Position numbers and translations under genes: made by a program. 64,000 nucleotides of DNA. Source: Candidatus Omnitrophota bacterium (GTDB taxonomy: Bacteria > Omnitrophota > Omnitrophia > Omnitrophales > Aquincolibacteriaceae). Within the stretch, counting starts at the first letter, position 1. Every line of letters begins with the position of its first letter. The stretch lies in contig CAIOAT010000028.1 of NCBI GenBank assembly GCA_903856085.1, positions 2,676 to 66,675 on the forward strand, written 5' to 3'. Under the pieces are notes generated by a model. That model worked only from the letters and a program-made list of their open reading frames with translations, was not told where the DNA came from and ran no database searches. Shown here one piece after another: positions 48,676-59,190 of this stretch.

Positions 48676-49101
48676 CTAGAACTTGAAAAGCTTGATCTTG
48701 GCGGCGTCGCCCGAGCCTTTCTCGGGTTGGGCGATTTCATAGCTGTCATCTTTCGCGTAACCGAGCGACGCGACCTTCTTGACGCCTTTGATGGTGTTAT
48801 CAACGACCTTTTCTCCCGCCTGCTGGGTTCCGTCCAGAGTTCCGACAATCGGTTTCTCCCGCATGGTGGATCCGCCCGTGTCGCTTAAAGTATCTCGGAC
48901 GTTATCATACGTAACTTCTTTGATGCCAGTCGCAAAATTCTTCGCAGGGTTATGCTTCTCGGGGGCTTGAGCCTCTTGCGCCATTTGTTTTTGGACCTTT
49001 TCCTGCTCGCGGGCGGCTTCATCGTACTGGCCGGATCGCGCCATGCCAAAATTGGCTGCGGCAACTACAAGGACGAGAGTGACAAGAATTTTCTTTTCCA
49101 T
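48676..49101 (-). CDS. small secreted hypothetical protein
   Basis: Signal peptide MEKKILVTLVLVVAAANFGMA. 141 aa, Lys/Glu-rich. Confidence 0.45.
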   Translation of the reverse strand: MEKKILVTLVLVVAAANFGMARSGQYDEAAREQEKVQKQMAQEAQAPEKHNPAKNFATGIKEVTYDNVRDTLSDTGGSTMREKPIVGTLDGTQQAGEKVVDNTIKGVKKVASLGYAKDDSYEIAQPEKGSGDAAKIKLFKF

Positions 49102-49257
49102 TTGGGAACCCTCACTTGGATGATTTTAGGAGAATAGTGGAGGTAGTATACACAATTCGTTTTTAAAGTAAACCTGCATCCGTGGGGCGGAGGGCGTACG
49201 GTGCCACGTGTTCGTTTTTAGCCGCACACCATACTCCATATGCACCCGAAGGCTGTT

Positions 49258-49294
49258 TGATTTTTTATCACGGGCACGATATACTACCGTGCCT
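49258..49294 (+). promoter_or_regulatory. sigma-70 promoter TTGATT-N17-TATACT for the hom operon, with palindrome GGCACG-N9-CGTGCC spanning the -10 box
   Basis: Seen in sequence about 50 nt upstream of the hom ATG at 49345. Confidence 0.45.
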
Positions 49295-49344
49295 TTGTTA
49301 AGGTTTTGTCATTACTATACTTAGAACAATTGATCGGGAGAAAT

Positions 49345-50640
49345 ATGAAAAAGATCAAGATCGGGCTTCTCGGGTTAGGACAAATCGGCACCGGACTTTA
49401 CGAGATCCTTACGGAGAAGAAGGCTTTGTTGGCTCGACAGCTCGGTGTGTCCTTTGAATTCGCGAAGATCGCCGAAAAATATCCTGAGCGAAATAAAAAA
49501 GTTCATCCGCCGAAAAGTATCCTGACCAAGGATGCTTTCAGTGTGGTGCGGGATCCGTCCGTTGATGTAGTCGTGGAACTTATCGGCGGCACGACGATCG
49601 CGCGTCAATTGATCAAGGAAGCTCTCAAGAACGGCAAGCATGTGGTGACCGCGAACAAAGCGCTCCTTGCCGAATATGGCGATGAGATTTTCGAGCTCGC
49701 GCATCGGATGAAACGATGGCTTTGTTTTGAGGCGAGTGTCGGTGGTGGCATACCGTGTATCAAAGCGCTTCGTGAAGGTCTTGTAGCCAACCGCATCGAT
49801 TCCGTACACGCCATTATCAACGGCACCACGAATTATATTCTGACCCAAATGACCGCCAAAGGTATGAGTTTTGCGGATGCGTTGGCCGGCGCTCAAAAGC
49901 TGGGTTTTGCAGAGGCGAATCCTTTTCTTGACGTGAGCGGGCACGATGCCGCGCACAAGCTGGCGATTCTCGCGCGGTTTGCTTTCGGCGGGAAAGTGAA
50001 GTTCAAGGATATTTACTGTGAAGGAATCACCGAGATCTCAAGCGATGACATTGCTTTTGCCAAAGAGTTCGGGTATACGATCAAACTGCTCGCTATCGCC
50101 AAAAAATCAGGGAGCGGCATGGAGGCACGCGTTCAGCCGACGCTTTTGCCGAACGCGCATATTCTCGCAAGCGTGAACGGTTCGTTCAACGCGATCCTGA
50201 TGCGTGGCGACGAAGTGGGCGACGTGCTCTTTTATGGTCGCGGGGCCGGACCGCATCCGACGGCGAGTGCGGTGATCGCGGATCTGGTGGATATTGCGAA
50301 GTCCGGGACTGCGGGACCCGCAGAAGACCGTTTCATGGTGCGTGCTCTCGGGAAACAGATCCCGGTAAAAAGCATTTTTTCGATCCTGTCGCGGTATTAC
50401 TTACGGTTCTATGTGGTCGACAGACCCAGCGTGCTGGCAAATATCTCGAAAATTCTCGGAAAATATAAGATCAGCATTTCGGATGTGATGCAGCGCGAAC
50501 GCAGTGCCGGCCGCGCGGTGCCGCTTATCCTTTTAACGCATGATACTCATGAAAAAAACCTGAGGGCCGCGGTTCGCGAAATCGACGGTATGTCCTGTAT
50601 CAAGGGCAAGACCCAGGTCATACGGATCGAAGAGGCTTGA
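49345..50640 (+). CDS. hom: homoserine dehydrogenase
   Basis: [18 protein letters not shown]-binding N-terminus and a C-terminal ACT domain. GGGAG SD. Confidence 0.9.
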   Translation: MKKIKIGLLGLGQIGTGLYEILTEKKALLARQLGVSFEFAKIAEKYPERNKKVHPPKSILTKDAFSVVRDPSVDVVVELIGGTTIARQLIKEALKNGKHVVTANKALLAEYGDEIFELAHRMKRWLCFEASVGGGIPCIKALREGLVANRIDSVHAIINGTTNYILTQMTAKGMSFADALAGAQKLGFAEANPFLDVSGHDAAHKLAILARFAFGGKVKFKDIYCEGITEISSDDIAFAKEFGYTIKLLAIAKKSGSGMEARVQPTLLPNAHILASVNGSFNAILMRGDEVGDVLFYGRGAGPHPTASAVIADLVDIAKSGTAGPAEDRFMVRALGKQIPVKSIFSILSRYYLRFYVVDRPSVLANISKILGKYKISISDVMQRERSAGRAVPLILLTHDTHEKNLRAAVREIDGMSCIKGKTQVIRIEEA

Positions 50641-51716
50641 GCGCTATGGGAAAATACGCGGTCAAAAAGATCGGCATTATCGAGCGATACCAGGAATACC
50701 TTCCGGTCACGGATGAAACGCCGATCATTTCTCTCAATGAAGGAAATACGCCGCTCATTCTCGCGGAGGCTTTGCCTAAAGAGCTCGGTCTGAAGAATAT
50801 CCGGATCTATTACAAGTTCGAAGGGCTGAACCCGACGGGTTCGTTTAAAGATCGCGGCATGACTCTGGCGATTTCCAAAGCTGTCGAAGCGGGGTCCAAG
50901 GCCGTGATGTGTGCTTCGACGGGCAATACGTCCGCTTCTGCCGCGGCCTATGCGGCTCGTTGCGGTCTGAAATGTTATGTGCTGATCCCGGAAGGGAAGA
51001 TCGCCAAGGGAAAACTTTTGCAGGCGTATCGCTATGGTGCAAAGGTGATCATGATCGAAGGGAATTTTGATAAGGCGCTGGAGTTGGTTCAAGAGATCAC
51101 GGAGGACGGAAAGATCACGCTCGTGAATTCCATCAATCCGTTTCGTATCGAAGGGCAGAAGACCGCGGCGTTTGAGATCGTCGATGACCTGGGTGATGCG
51201 CCGGAATATCACGCGATCCCGGTCGGGAATGCGGGCAATATCACGGCTTACTGGAAAGGCTACAAGGAATATAAAAAAGTCGGAAAATCTGAAACGTTGC
51301 CGAAGATGCTTGGTTTTCAAGCAGAGGGTTCAGCGCCGATCGTTCTGGGCCATCCGGTGGAAAAACCGGAGACACTTGCTACAGCGATCCGCATCGGGAA
51401 TCCCGCGAGTTGGCAAGGTGCCGTCGCCGCACGGGACGAATCGGGTGGTTTAATCGCTAGCGTGACGGATGAGGAGATCACAAAGGCTTACCGTTTTATC
51501 GCGGAACGCGAAGGCGTATTTGCGGAGCCGGCCAGCGTTGCGCCGGTGGCGGGTGTCATCAATCTCGCAAAAAAGAATTTTTTCAAAGAGGGATCACGCA
51601 TCGTGATCACGCTTACGGGTGCGGGATTGAAGGATCCCGATTTCGCGCTCAGTTTTGAAGATCCGTTCTGTAAAGTTAAATCCAATCTCGATGCCGTCAA
51701 GGAGGTCATTCAATGA
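50637..51716 (+). CDS. thrC: threonine synthase
   Basis: PLP lysine motif GSFKDRG and GNTPLI. 359 aa. 4-nt overlap with hom. Confidence 0.9.
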   Translation: MSAMGKYAVKKIGIIERYQEYLPVTDETPIISLNEGNTPLILAEALPKELGLKNIRIYYKFEGLNPTGSFKDRGMTLAISKAVEAGSKAVMCASTGNTSASAAAYAARCGLKCYVLIPEGKIAKGKLLQAYRYGAKVIMIEGNFDKALELVQEITEDGKITLVNSINPFRIEGQKTAAFEIVDDLGDAPEYHAIPVGNAGNITAYWKGYKEYKKVGKSETLPKMLGFQAEGSAPIVLGHPVEKPETLATAIRIGNPASWQGAVAARDESGGLIASVTDEEITKAYRFIAEREGVFAEPASVAPVAGVINLAKKNFFKEGSRIVITLTGAGLKDPDFALSFEDPFCKVKSNLDAVKEVIQ

Positions 51717-52918
51717 AGTCTATCGTTGTGGTTCTTGCGGGAGCTGCGGATCATCCGACCGAAGAGCTCGGCGGGAAAACTCCTTTGGAAGTGGCCAAGG
51801 TGCCCAACTTGAATTTTTTCGCGAAGAGCGGAAAAGTCGGGACTGCGAAGCTTGTTTCAGATCGTTTGCCGCTTTCCGTGGATGTCAGCCTGTTCAATCT
51901 TTTGGGCTATGACGCGGCGAAACTTTACACGGGGCGCGGGCCGCTTGAGGCTGCCGACAAAGAATTGACGCTCGACGAAAAAGAAGTCGCTTTCTGCATG
52001 AATTTTATCACCGAGGCCGCGGGTATGCTGGCCGATCCGACCGCCGGGGCTTTGACCACCAAAGAGGCGAAGGCCCTTGTGAATTTTCTCAACAAAAAGG
52101 TTGCCAGCGATTTTGTGCGGTTTTTCTCGGGTTCTGGGTATCGGCACATTGCGGTGATCAAGGATGCCAATGGATTTGAGGCGTTGTCCGCGACGACCCA
52201 GGCACCGGAGAGCGTGATCGGCGAAAAGATCGAAGATGTTCTGCCGAAAGGCCCGGGCGAAGAATTGATGCGAAAATTGATGTATGACGCCAGACTTCTT
52301 TTACAGGACCATGAGATCAATCAGGTGCGTGTGGACCTCGGCGAGAATCCCGCCAATATGATCTGGCTTTGGGGACAGGGAAAAAAGCCGGTACTCAAAT
52401 CTTTTCGCGAATGTTTTGATGTCTCGGGGGGCGCAATGGTGGCTGCGCGAGAATATGCCAAAGGCATGGGACGCGTGGCTGGTCTCACGGTCATGGAGGT
52501 CAAGGAGGAGGGGGATGAGCCCTCGGCTTTTTATGACAAGATCTCCAAGGTAGCGATCGAGGCTCTGGAAGAAAAAGATTTTGTTTGTCTTCACCTCCAC
52601 ACGCCTGATGAGGCGGCGCGGACTGGAGAGGTGAAGAATAAGGTCTCGGCGATCGAGGGGATCGATTTTTTTGTTCTGTCCAAGATCCGTAAATATCTTG
52701 AGCGCTCCAAAGATTCGCGTCTGCTCGTCACTCCGGGGCATGCAACGCTTTGGAAAATGAAAGAGATTGTTCGCGACAGCGTCCCGTTCGCCGTGACCGG
52801 CAAGAATATTATGGCCGATGAGATCGAGCGGTTCTCCGAAATTGCGGCCAAGACGTCGGAAGTGAAATTCAATAAAACTACGGAACTGATGCCTTTTTTT
52901 ATGACCAAGGCGTCATAA
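51713..52918 (+). CDS. cofactor-independent phosphoglycerate mutase family protein, archaeal-type (apgM-like); candidate non-orthologous homoserine kinase
   Basis: [16 protein letters not shown]-terminus and metalloenzyme-domain features. Embedded between thrC and lysC with overlapping stop/start. Confidence 0.7.
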   Translation: MKSIVVVLAGAADHPTEELGGKTPLEVAKVPNLNFFAKSGKVGTAKLVSDRLPLSVDVSLFNLLGYDAAKLYTGRGPLEAADKELTLDEKEVAFCMNFITEAAGMLADPTAGALTTKEAKALVNFLNKKVASDFVRFFSGSGYRHIAVIKDANGFEALSATTQAPESVIGEKIEDVLPKGPGEELMRKLMYDARLLLQDHEINQVRVDLGENPANMIWLWGQGKKPVLKSFRECFDVSGGAMVAAREYAKGMGRVAGLTVMEVKEEGDEPSAFYDKISKVAIEALEEKDFVCLHLHTPDEAARTGEVKNKVSAIEGIDFFVLSKIRKYLERSKDSRLLVTPGHATLWKMKEIVRDSVPFAVTGKNIMADEIERFSEIAAKTSEVKFNKTTELMPFFMTKAS

Positions 52919-52948
52919 TTCTCTATCCCTCAAGGTAAGGATAATCCC

Positions 52949-54166
52949 ATGGCACTTATTGTTCAAAAGTATGGTGGTTCTTCTGTGGCGAATGCGGAAA
53001 AGCTTCTGCGTGTCGCGCAGCGTGTGATCAAGACGAAGCAGGCGGGGAATAAAGTCGTGGTGGTCGTCTCCGCGATGGGCGATATGACCGATGACCTCAT
53101 CACGCTCGCCGATCAGATCAATAAGGATCCCCAGGAACGCGAAATGGATATGCTCCTCTCAACGGGGGAACAGGTTTCAATCGCGCTCCTAGCGATGGCC
53201 GTTCATAAACTCGGTCATGAGGCGGTTTCTTTTACCGGTTCGCAGGTAGGGATCATCACCGATGAATTCCACAGCAAGGCCCGAATTCAGAACATCAGCG
53301 CGGATCGTATCAAGAAAGCCCTGGCGGAAGGAAAGATCGTGATTGTGGCCGGATTCCAGGGACAGACTCCTTCAGGGGAGATCACAACGCTCGGCCGCGG
53401 TGGTTCCGACCTGACGGCCGTAGCGCTTGCGGTAGCACTCAAGGCAAAACATTGCGAGATCTTTACGGATGTGGACGGGATCTACACGGCGGATCCGCGC
53501 GTTATTTCGGATGCGCAAAAAATGGATCGGGTTACTTACGATGAGATTCTGGAACTCGCATCCCTCGGCGCCAAGGTCATGCACTCTCGTTCGATCGAAG
53601 TCGGAAAAAAATTCAATATGCCCATTTGGGTTTGTAATTCTCAGAATGATCACAAAGGAACTCTTATCACGAAGGAGAATAAGGCCATGGAAGAAGTCGT
53701 TGTAAGCGGGGTTGCTCTTGCTGAAGATGAAGCGAAGATCACATTGTTCCGCGTCTCAGATCGTCCGGGTGTGGCGGCCAAGGTGTTTCAAACTCTGGCG
53801 GATGCGAACGTGAATGTGGACATGATCATCCAGAACAAAACGCAGACGAATTCCACGGATATTTCCTTCACGGTCTTCAAGAACGAGCTTGTGAAGGCCA
53901 TGAAAGTCGTGAAAGCCGCCATGAAAAAGGTCGGCGCTACCAATGTTACTTGCGACGAGAATGTCGCGAAGGTGAGCGTGGTCGGGATCGGCATGCGCTC
54001 CCATTCCGGCATCGCGTCCAAGATGTTCTCGACTCTGGCTAAGAACAAGATCAATATCGATATGATCTCCACTTCGGAGATCAAGATCTCTGTCGTAGTC
54101 GCTGGCGATAAAGGCAAACTCGCCGCCCGCGTAATCCATCAGGCGTTCGGTTTGGGAAAGAAATAA
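52949..54166 (+). CDS. lysC: aspartate kinase (two C-terminal ACT domains)
   Basis: IVQKYGGSSVANAEKL...VVVVSAMGDMTD N-terminus. Two ACT-like repeats at the C-terminus. Confidence 0.9.
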   Translation: MALIVQKYGGSSVANAEKLLRVAQRVIKTKQAGNKVVVVVSAMGDMTDDLITLADQINKDPQEREMDMLLSTGEQVSIALLAMAVHKLGHEAVSFTGSQVGIITDEFHSKARIQNISADRIKKALAEGKIVIVAGFQGQTPSGEITTLGRGGSDLTAVALAVALKAKHCEIFTDVDGIYTADPRVISDAQKMDRVTYDEILELASLGAKVMHSRSIEVGKKFNMPIWVCNSQNDHKGTLITKENKAMEEVVVSGVALAEDEAKITLFRVSDRPGVAAKVFQTLADANVNVDMIIQNKTQTNSTDISFTVFKNELVKAMKVVKAAMKKVGATNVTCDENVAKVSVVGIGMRSHSGIASKMFSTLAKNKINIDMISTSEIKISVVVAGDKGKLAARVIHQAFGLGKK

Positions 54167-54192
54167 CTGAATTTCACCACGTCGGTCGAAAG

Positions 54193-54729
54193 GTGCTTAA
54201 AATGAAAAAAATGTTCATGGTTGGCGCAATTCTGCTGATGGCGGGGACTGCCTTAGCGCAATCGAATGACGCAGATCCTGTTCCGCAAGGGCAACTGCCC
54301 TCGGTCACTAGCGAAGCGCCGGCCCAGCCCCCTATGAACCCGATTGCGAAAGCCGTGGCCGAAGCCAGACGTCGTCGGCAGGAGGCTCCCCAGGCGGCGC
54401 AAGGAGCGGAGTTGCCTTCTAAGCAAGTCCGGCCTGCTAAAACCGACTCGGCTCCGGCGGCCGGTAAATCTTCCGCAGTTCCGGAAGAGGCCAATCGCAA
54501 CCAACTGATCAGAAACCTTCCTTATCAGCCGGAAAAGATTGTGCCTCCTCAAGCGCCCTCTTCCGAACCGATTTCCTCCGAGGTCGCGTATTCTTCGAGA
54601 TTAGTTGTCTGTGTCGTGAACGGTTTTGAACGAAACAATATGTCGTCGTCTGATTGCAAGGCCGAGGGTGGCCATGTGGTCAGGACCGCCGAAGTTCTCA
54701 GGGACAATACCGGCGGCAAGAATAAGTAA
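54193..54729 (+). CDS. secreted low-complexity (Ala/Pro/Gln-rich) hypothetical protein
   Basis: Signal peptide MKKMFMVGAILLMAGTALAQS. The start is ATG 54193 or 54202. Confidence 0.45.
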   Translation: MLKMKKMFMVGAILLMAGTALAQSNDADPVPQGQLPSVTSEAPAQPPMNPIAKAVAEARRRRQEAPQAAQGAELPSKQVRPAKTDSAPAAGKSSAVPEEANRNQLIRNLPYQPEKIVPPQAPSSEPISSEVAYSSRLVVCVVNGFERNNMSSSDCKAEGGHVVRTAEVLRDNTGGKNK

Positions 54730-54773
54730 CACTCACCCGCGTAACTCCGGGGCGTGTTGGGTTAGGAGAATCT

Positions 54774-56345
54774 ATGGGGAATAGAAACAAAAAAATCCTT
54801 TTTTATGATACGACTCTAAGGGATGGCTCACAGGCTGAGGGGATCAGTCTGTCTTCGCATGACAAAGTGTTGATCGCGAAACGGTTGGATCAGTTTGGGA
54901 TCCATTATATTGAAGGTGGATGGCCAGGCTCAAACCCGAAGGACATGGAATTCTTTCACATGATCAAGAAAGCCGGGATCAAGTGTTCTAAAATCGCCGC
55001 ATTCGGCTCCACGCGTCGCGCTCACATGAAAGTTAAAGACGATGCGCAAGTCAAAGCCTTGCTTGATGCGGGGACCAAGGTCGTCACGATCTTCGGGAAG
55101 TCATGGGACATGCACGTGACCGAAGTGTTCAAAACCTCGCTAAAAGAAAACCTCCTCATGATCTACGAGACAGTTGCATATCTGAAGGATCGGAAGATAG
55201 AGGTGATCTATGACGCGGAACATTTCTTTGACGGGTTCAAGGCGAATCCGGAATACGCTCTAAAAACGCTCCAGCAGGCCGCCAAGGCCGGCGCGAATAA
55301 TATTACGCTCTGCGATACGAATGGGGGCACGTTGCCGCACGAGATACGCCACGCGATTCTCAAAGTGAAGCGCTCCGTGAAAACACCGCTTGGAATTCAT
55401 TGTCACAATGACTCCGAACTCGCGGTCGCGAATTCCATCCAGGCGGTCGGGGAAGGCTGTGTGCTGGTGCAGGGAACGATCAATGGCTATGGAGAGCGCT
55501 GCGGGAACGCGAATCTTGCCAGCATTATTCCGGACCTGCAGTTCAAAATGAAGGTCCCGTGTTTTCCCATGAAAAAATTGAAGGAACTAGCGGTGCTTTC
55601 GCATTATGTGGCGGAGGTTTGCAATATGCCGCTTGTGAACAACCAGCCTTTCACGGGCCGATCTGCGTTTGCGCATAAAGGTGGCGTGCATATCAACGCC
55701 ATGGTGAAGAACGCGAATACGTACGAACATGTAAAACCGGAAACGGTCGGCAATCATCGCCGTTATCTTGTTTCTGAGCTTGGCGGGAAGACGAATATCA
55801 TGATCAAGGCCCAGGAGCTTGAGATGAAATTCCAGAAAGATTCGCCCGAGGCCAAGAAGATCCTGGCCGAGATCCAGCGCCTGGAATACGAGGGGTATCA
55901 GTTCGAGGCCGCGGAAGCGAGTTTTGAGCTTCTGGTTCAGAGAGTTCTCGGGAAGTTCAAGCCGTTTTTCACAGTCAATGATATTTCGGTCCGTACGGAA
56001 AACATCGGGAGTAGCCAGCCACGTTCGATCGCGAATGTGAACGTGATCGCCAATGGCGTCGAACATGTGGAATCCGCGGAAGGGGATGGCCCGGTGAACG
56101 CGCTTGATTCCGCGCTTCGCAAGGCGCTCGGGCGCTCATTTCCGTCGATTGCTGAGATCCGTTTGACGGATTATAAAGTCCGCGTGGTCAATTCCGAAGC
56201 CGGGACTGCTGCCAAAGTGCGTGTCTTCATCGAATTTCAGGACAAGCACAAGACTTGGACCACGGTCGGCGTGCACGAGAACATCATCGAGGCCAGTTGG
56301 AAAGCCCTCGTTGAAGCCATCGAATATAAACTTCACAAAGGATAG
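54774..56345 (+). CDS. cimA: (R)-citramalate synthase, LeuA-like (CimA, Geobacter/TIGR00977 type)
   Basis: YDTTLRDGSQAEG and HYIEGGWPGSNPKD motifs match the Geobacter CimA subfamily. C-terminal LeuA dimerisation-like domain. Confidence 0.75.
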   Translation: MGNRNKKILFYDTTLRDGSQAEGISLSSHDKVLIAKRLDQFGIHYIEGGWPGSNPKDMEFFHMIKKAGIKCSKIAAFGSTRRAHMKVKDDAQVKALLDAGTKVVTIFGKSWDMHVTEVFKTSLKENLLMIYETVAYLKDRKIEVIYDAEHFFDGFKANPEYALKTLQQAAKAGANNITLCDTNGGTLPHEIRHAILKVKRSVKTPLGIHCHNDSELAVANSIQAVGEGCVLVQGTINGYGERCGNANLASIIPDLQFKMKVPCFPMKKLKELAVLSHYVAEVCNMPLVNNQPFTGRSAFAHKGGVHINAMVKNANTYEHVKPETVGNHRRYLVSELGGKTNIMIKAQELEMKFQKDSPEAKKILAEIQRLEYEGYQFEAAEASFELLVQRVLGKFKPFFTVNDISVRTENIGSSQPRSIANVNVIANGVEHVESAEGDGPVNALDSALRKALGRSFPSIAEIRLTDYKVRVVNSEAGTAAKVRVFIEFQDKHKTWTTVGVHENIIEASWKALVEAIEYKLHKG

Positions 56346-56357
56346 TACGCCGCACGA

Positions 56358-59162
56358 ATGACACTAGACACCCGCTACAACGCGAAAGATATCGAGGCCC
56401 GCTGGTATAAGGAGTGGGAATCGAAAGGCTATTTCCGCCCGCAAAGTGATCACGGCAAGCAGCCTGCCGGGAAACCCTACGTCATCGTCATTCCTCCGCC
56501 GAACGTCACCGGAATCCTGCACATGGGCCACGCGCTCAACAGTTCCATCCAGGACATTCTCATCCGTTGGAATCGCATGAAGGGCGCGGACACGCTTTGG
56601 GTGCCAGGCGTAGATCACGCAGGGATCGCGACGCAGAATGTCGTCGAGAAAAAACTCGCCAAGGAAAAGAAAACGCGATGGGACCTCGGCCGAGAGGCTT
56701 TCCTCAAAGAAGTCTGGAAATGGAAGAACGAAAACGGTTCGACCATCACGCGCCAGCTCCGGCGGTTGGGATCTTCTTGCGACTGGACACGCGAACGGTT
56801 CACTATGGACGAGGGTCTTTCCAAAGCCGTGAGGGAGGCTTTTGTTACGCTTTATGAGCGAGGTCTCATCTACCGAGGAAATTACATCATCAATTGGTGC
56901 CCACGCTGCCAGACCGCGCTTTCCGACGAAGAAGCCGCCCACAAGGATATGCAAGGCGGGCTTTATCACATCAAATATCCCTGCCTGCCGGAAGGCAGGC
57001 AATCTATCGATGTCAAAGGTCCGTATGAAAAAATGGGTGAAGATCATATCGTTGTTGCGACGACCCGGCCCGAGACCATGCTTGGGGATACTGCGGTTGC
57101 AGTCCATCCGAACGATTCGCGATATAAACATCTGATCGGAAAAAAAGTCATTCTTCCTTTGTTGAACCGTGAAATTCTGGTGATTGCCGATGACTTTGTG
57201 GATCCCGAGTTTGGAACCGGTATTGTGAAGGTTACTCCCGCGCATGATCCGAATGATTTCGCCATGGGACACCGGCACAAGCTCGAGCAGATCAATGTCA
57301 TGACACCGGACGGCAAGATCAATGAAAACGGCGGCGTCTACAAAGGCATGGATCGCTTTGAGGCGCGAAAAAAGATCCTTAAAGACCTGGAAGAGCAGGG
57401 GCTTTTTGTGCGTCGCGATTCGCATCTGCATGCGGTCGGGCATTGCTATCGTTGCGATACTGTGGTTGAGCCTTATCTTTCGAAACAATGGTTTGTGAAG
57501 ATGCAGCCTCTGGCCGAGAAGGCGCTAAAGGCGCACGAGCAGGGGGACACGGCTTTCTATCCGGACCGCTGGACCAAGGTTTATCTGAACTGGCTGCGTG
57601 GCATTCGCGATTGGTGTATCTCGCGCCAGATCTGGTGGGGGCATCAGATTCCGGCTTGGCATTGTATGAAATGTAGTGCTGATTACGGTGAACCCCACGG
57701 GGCTGCTGCGCCGAGGAACACGGCGAACGAAGTGCAAGATGCCGTACACCGTACCCCGTATGCCGGGATCATCGTTGCAAGGGAAACTCCGAAAGAATGT
57801 CCCAAGTGTAAGGGCAAGGATCTGGTGCAAGACCCTGACGTTCTTGATACCTGGTTCTCCAGCTGGCTGTGGCCATTCTCGACGCTGGGGTGGCCGACTA
57901 AAACGGAAGACCTAAAAAAGTTCTATCCGACGTCAGATCTTGTAACCGCTCCTGAGATCATTTTCTTTTGGGTGGCGCGCATGATCATGGCTGGCCTGGA
58001 ATTTATGGGCGAGGTTCCGTTCACAAAAATCAATATTCACGGCACGGTCCGTGCGGCGAGTGGGCTTAAGATGTCGAAATCTCTCGGCAACTCGATCGAC
58101 CCGCTCGAAGTGATCGAAGAAATGGGGGCCGATGCGCTTCGCTACAGTCTCGTGATGCTTTCCGCGCAGGATGTTTATCTTTCGCGCGAGAAATTCGAGG
58201 TGGGCCGTAATTTCGCGAACAAGGTTTGGAATGCCTGCCGGTTCGTATTGATCCAGATCGAAGGCCTGGAGACCGCTTCCACCGATGTCCGGCAATTCGA
58301 GAAAATGGAACTTTCGCTCCCAAGCCGTTGGATCCTTTCGCGATTTGAGGAAAAGACCGCTGAAATCGAGCGTCACCTTGCTCAATTTGGTCTCGCGCAG
58401 GCCGCGACCGAGCTTTATCATCTCGTGTGGGATGATTTTTGTGATTGGTATATCGAGCTTGCTAAGCCCATGATTCTATCTGAAGATAGGGCTCTCAGAC
58501 TTCAAACCCAAAAAGTCCTTTTCTTTGTCTGCGAACGGATGCTTCGCCTTCTTCATCCTTTTATGCCGTTTATTACCGAAGAGATCTGGCAGACATTCAA
58601 ACAAAAGTCTGCGGATGCTAAGGCTTGGCCGGAAACCATAATGTTTGCGGGTTGGCCCCATGAAGAGAAAAAGAAATTCCGCGATGCTGAAGCGCAGAAA
58701 GCCATTGGGCTTTTGCAAGATGCTGTGGGCGGCATTCGTGATCTCCGGGTCCGTTTCCAGATCGCGCCGACCGATAAACTTACCGCCGTTATTGTATGCA
58801 AAGAGCAGGAGACATTGGTGACTGTGCGTACGTTCGAGCGCGAGGTGAAGGTGCTGGGCCGGCTCGCGGAACTTCAATGTGTGCGTGAATTTCAAAAAAA
58901 GGGTGCGATGGCGGCTAACTCCTTCGCGGCATTTGATGTTTTTATCTCACTCGAGGGGATCCTGGACCCGGAAGAAGAGAAAAAACGGCTCGAGAAAAAG
59001 ATCCAAGAGACCGAACAATGGATTGAGACCATCCGTAAAAAAGTTGCGAACCCTTCTTTCGCCGAAAAAGCGCCTAAAGATATCCTTGAAAAAGAGAAAG
59101 AGAAACTCGCCGATGCCAAAAAGCTTCTCGTATCCTATCAGACCCAGCTCACCAGTTTCTGA
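56358..59162 (+). CDS. valS: valine--tRNA ligase
   Basis: HMGHAL (HIGH) motif, KMSKS, editing domain and C-terminal coiled coil. 934 aa. Confidence 0.95.
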   Translation: MTLDTRYNAKDIEARWYKEWESKGYFRPQSDHGKQPAGKPYVIVIPPPNVTGILHMGHALNSSIQDILIRWNRMKGADTLWVPGVDHAGIATQNVVEKKLAKEKKTRWDLGREAFLKEVWKWKNENGSTITRQLRRLGSSCDWTRERFTMDEGLSKAVREAFVTLYERGLIYRGNYIINWCPRCQTALSDEEAAHKDMQGGLYHIKYPCLPEGRQSIDVKGPYEKMGEDHIVVATTRPETMLGDTAVAVHPNDSRYKHLIGKKVILPLLNREILVIADDFVDPEFGTGIVKVTPAHDPNDFAMGHRHKLEQINVMTPDGKINENGGVYKGMDRFEARKKILKDLEEQGLFVRRDSHLHAVGHCYRCDTVVEPYLSKQWFVKMQPLAEKALKAHEQGDTAFYPDRWTKVYLNWLRGIRDWCISRQIWWGHQIPAWHCMKCSADYGEPHGAAAPRNTANEVQDAVHRTPYAGIIVARETPKECPKCKGKDLVQDPDVLDTWFSSWLWPFSTLGWPTKTEDLKKFYPTSDLVTAPEIIFFWVARMIMAGLEFMGEVPFTKINIHGTVRAASGLKMSKSLGNSIDPLEVIEEMGADALRYSLVMLSAQDVYLSREKFEVGRNFANKVWNACRFVLIQIEGLETASTDVRQFEKMELSLPSRWILSRFEEKTAEIERHLAQFGLAQAATELYHLVWDDFCDWYIELAKPMILSEDRALRLQTQKVLFFVCERMLRLLHPFMPFITEEIWQTFKQKSADAKAWPETIMFAGWPHEEKKKFRDAEAQKAIGLLQDAVGGIRDLRVRFQIAPTDKLTAVIVCKEQETLVTVRTFEREVKVLGRLAELQCVREFQKKGAMAANSFAAFDVFISLEGILDPEEEKKRLEKKIQETEQWIETIRKKVANPSFAEKAPKDILEKEKEKLADAKKLLVSYQTQLTSF

Positions 59163-59190
59163 GAGCGGTTTTCCGGGGCATCCTTTGCCC

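Noticed and set aside
49150-49260. SAM-I (S-box) riboswitch upstream of hom, prompted by a GGCGGAGGG segment
   Set aside because: The flanking conserved S-box elements (AUCAAGAG, GGCAACC, the anti-terminator arrangement) are absent. Only a short fortuitous match.
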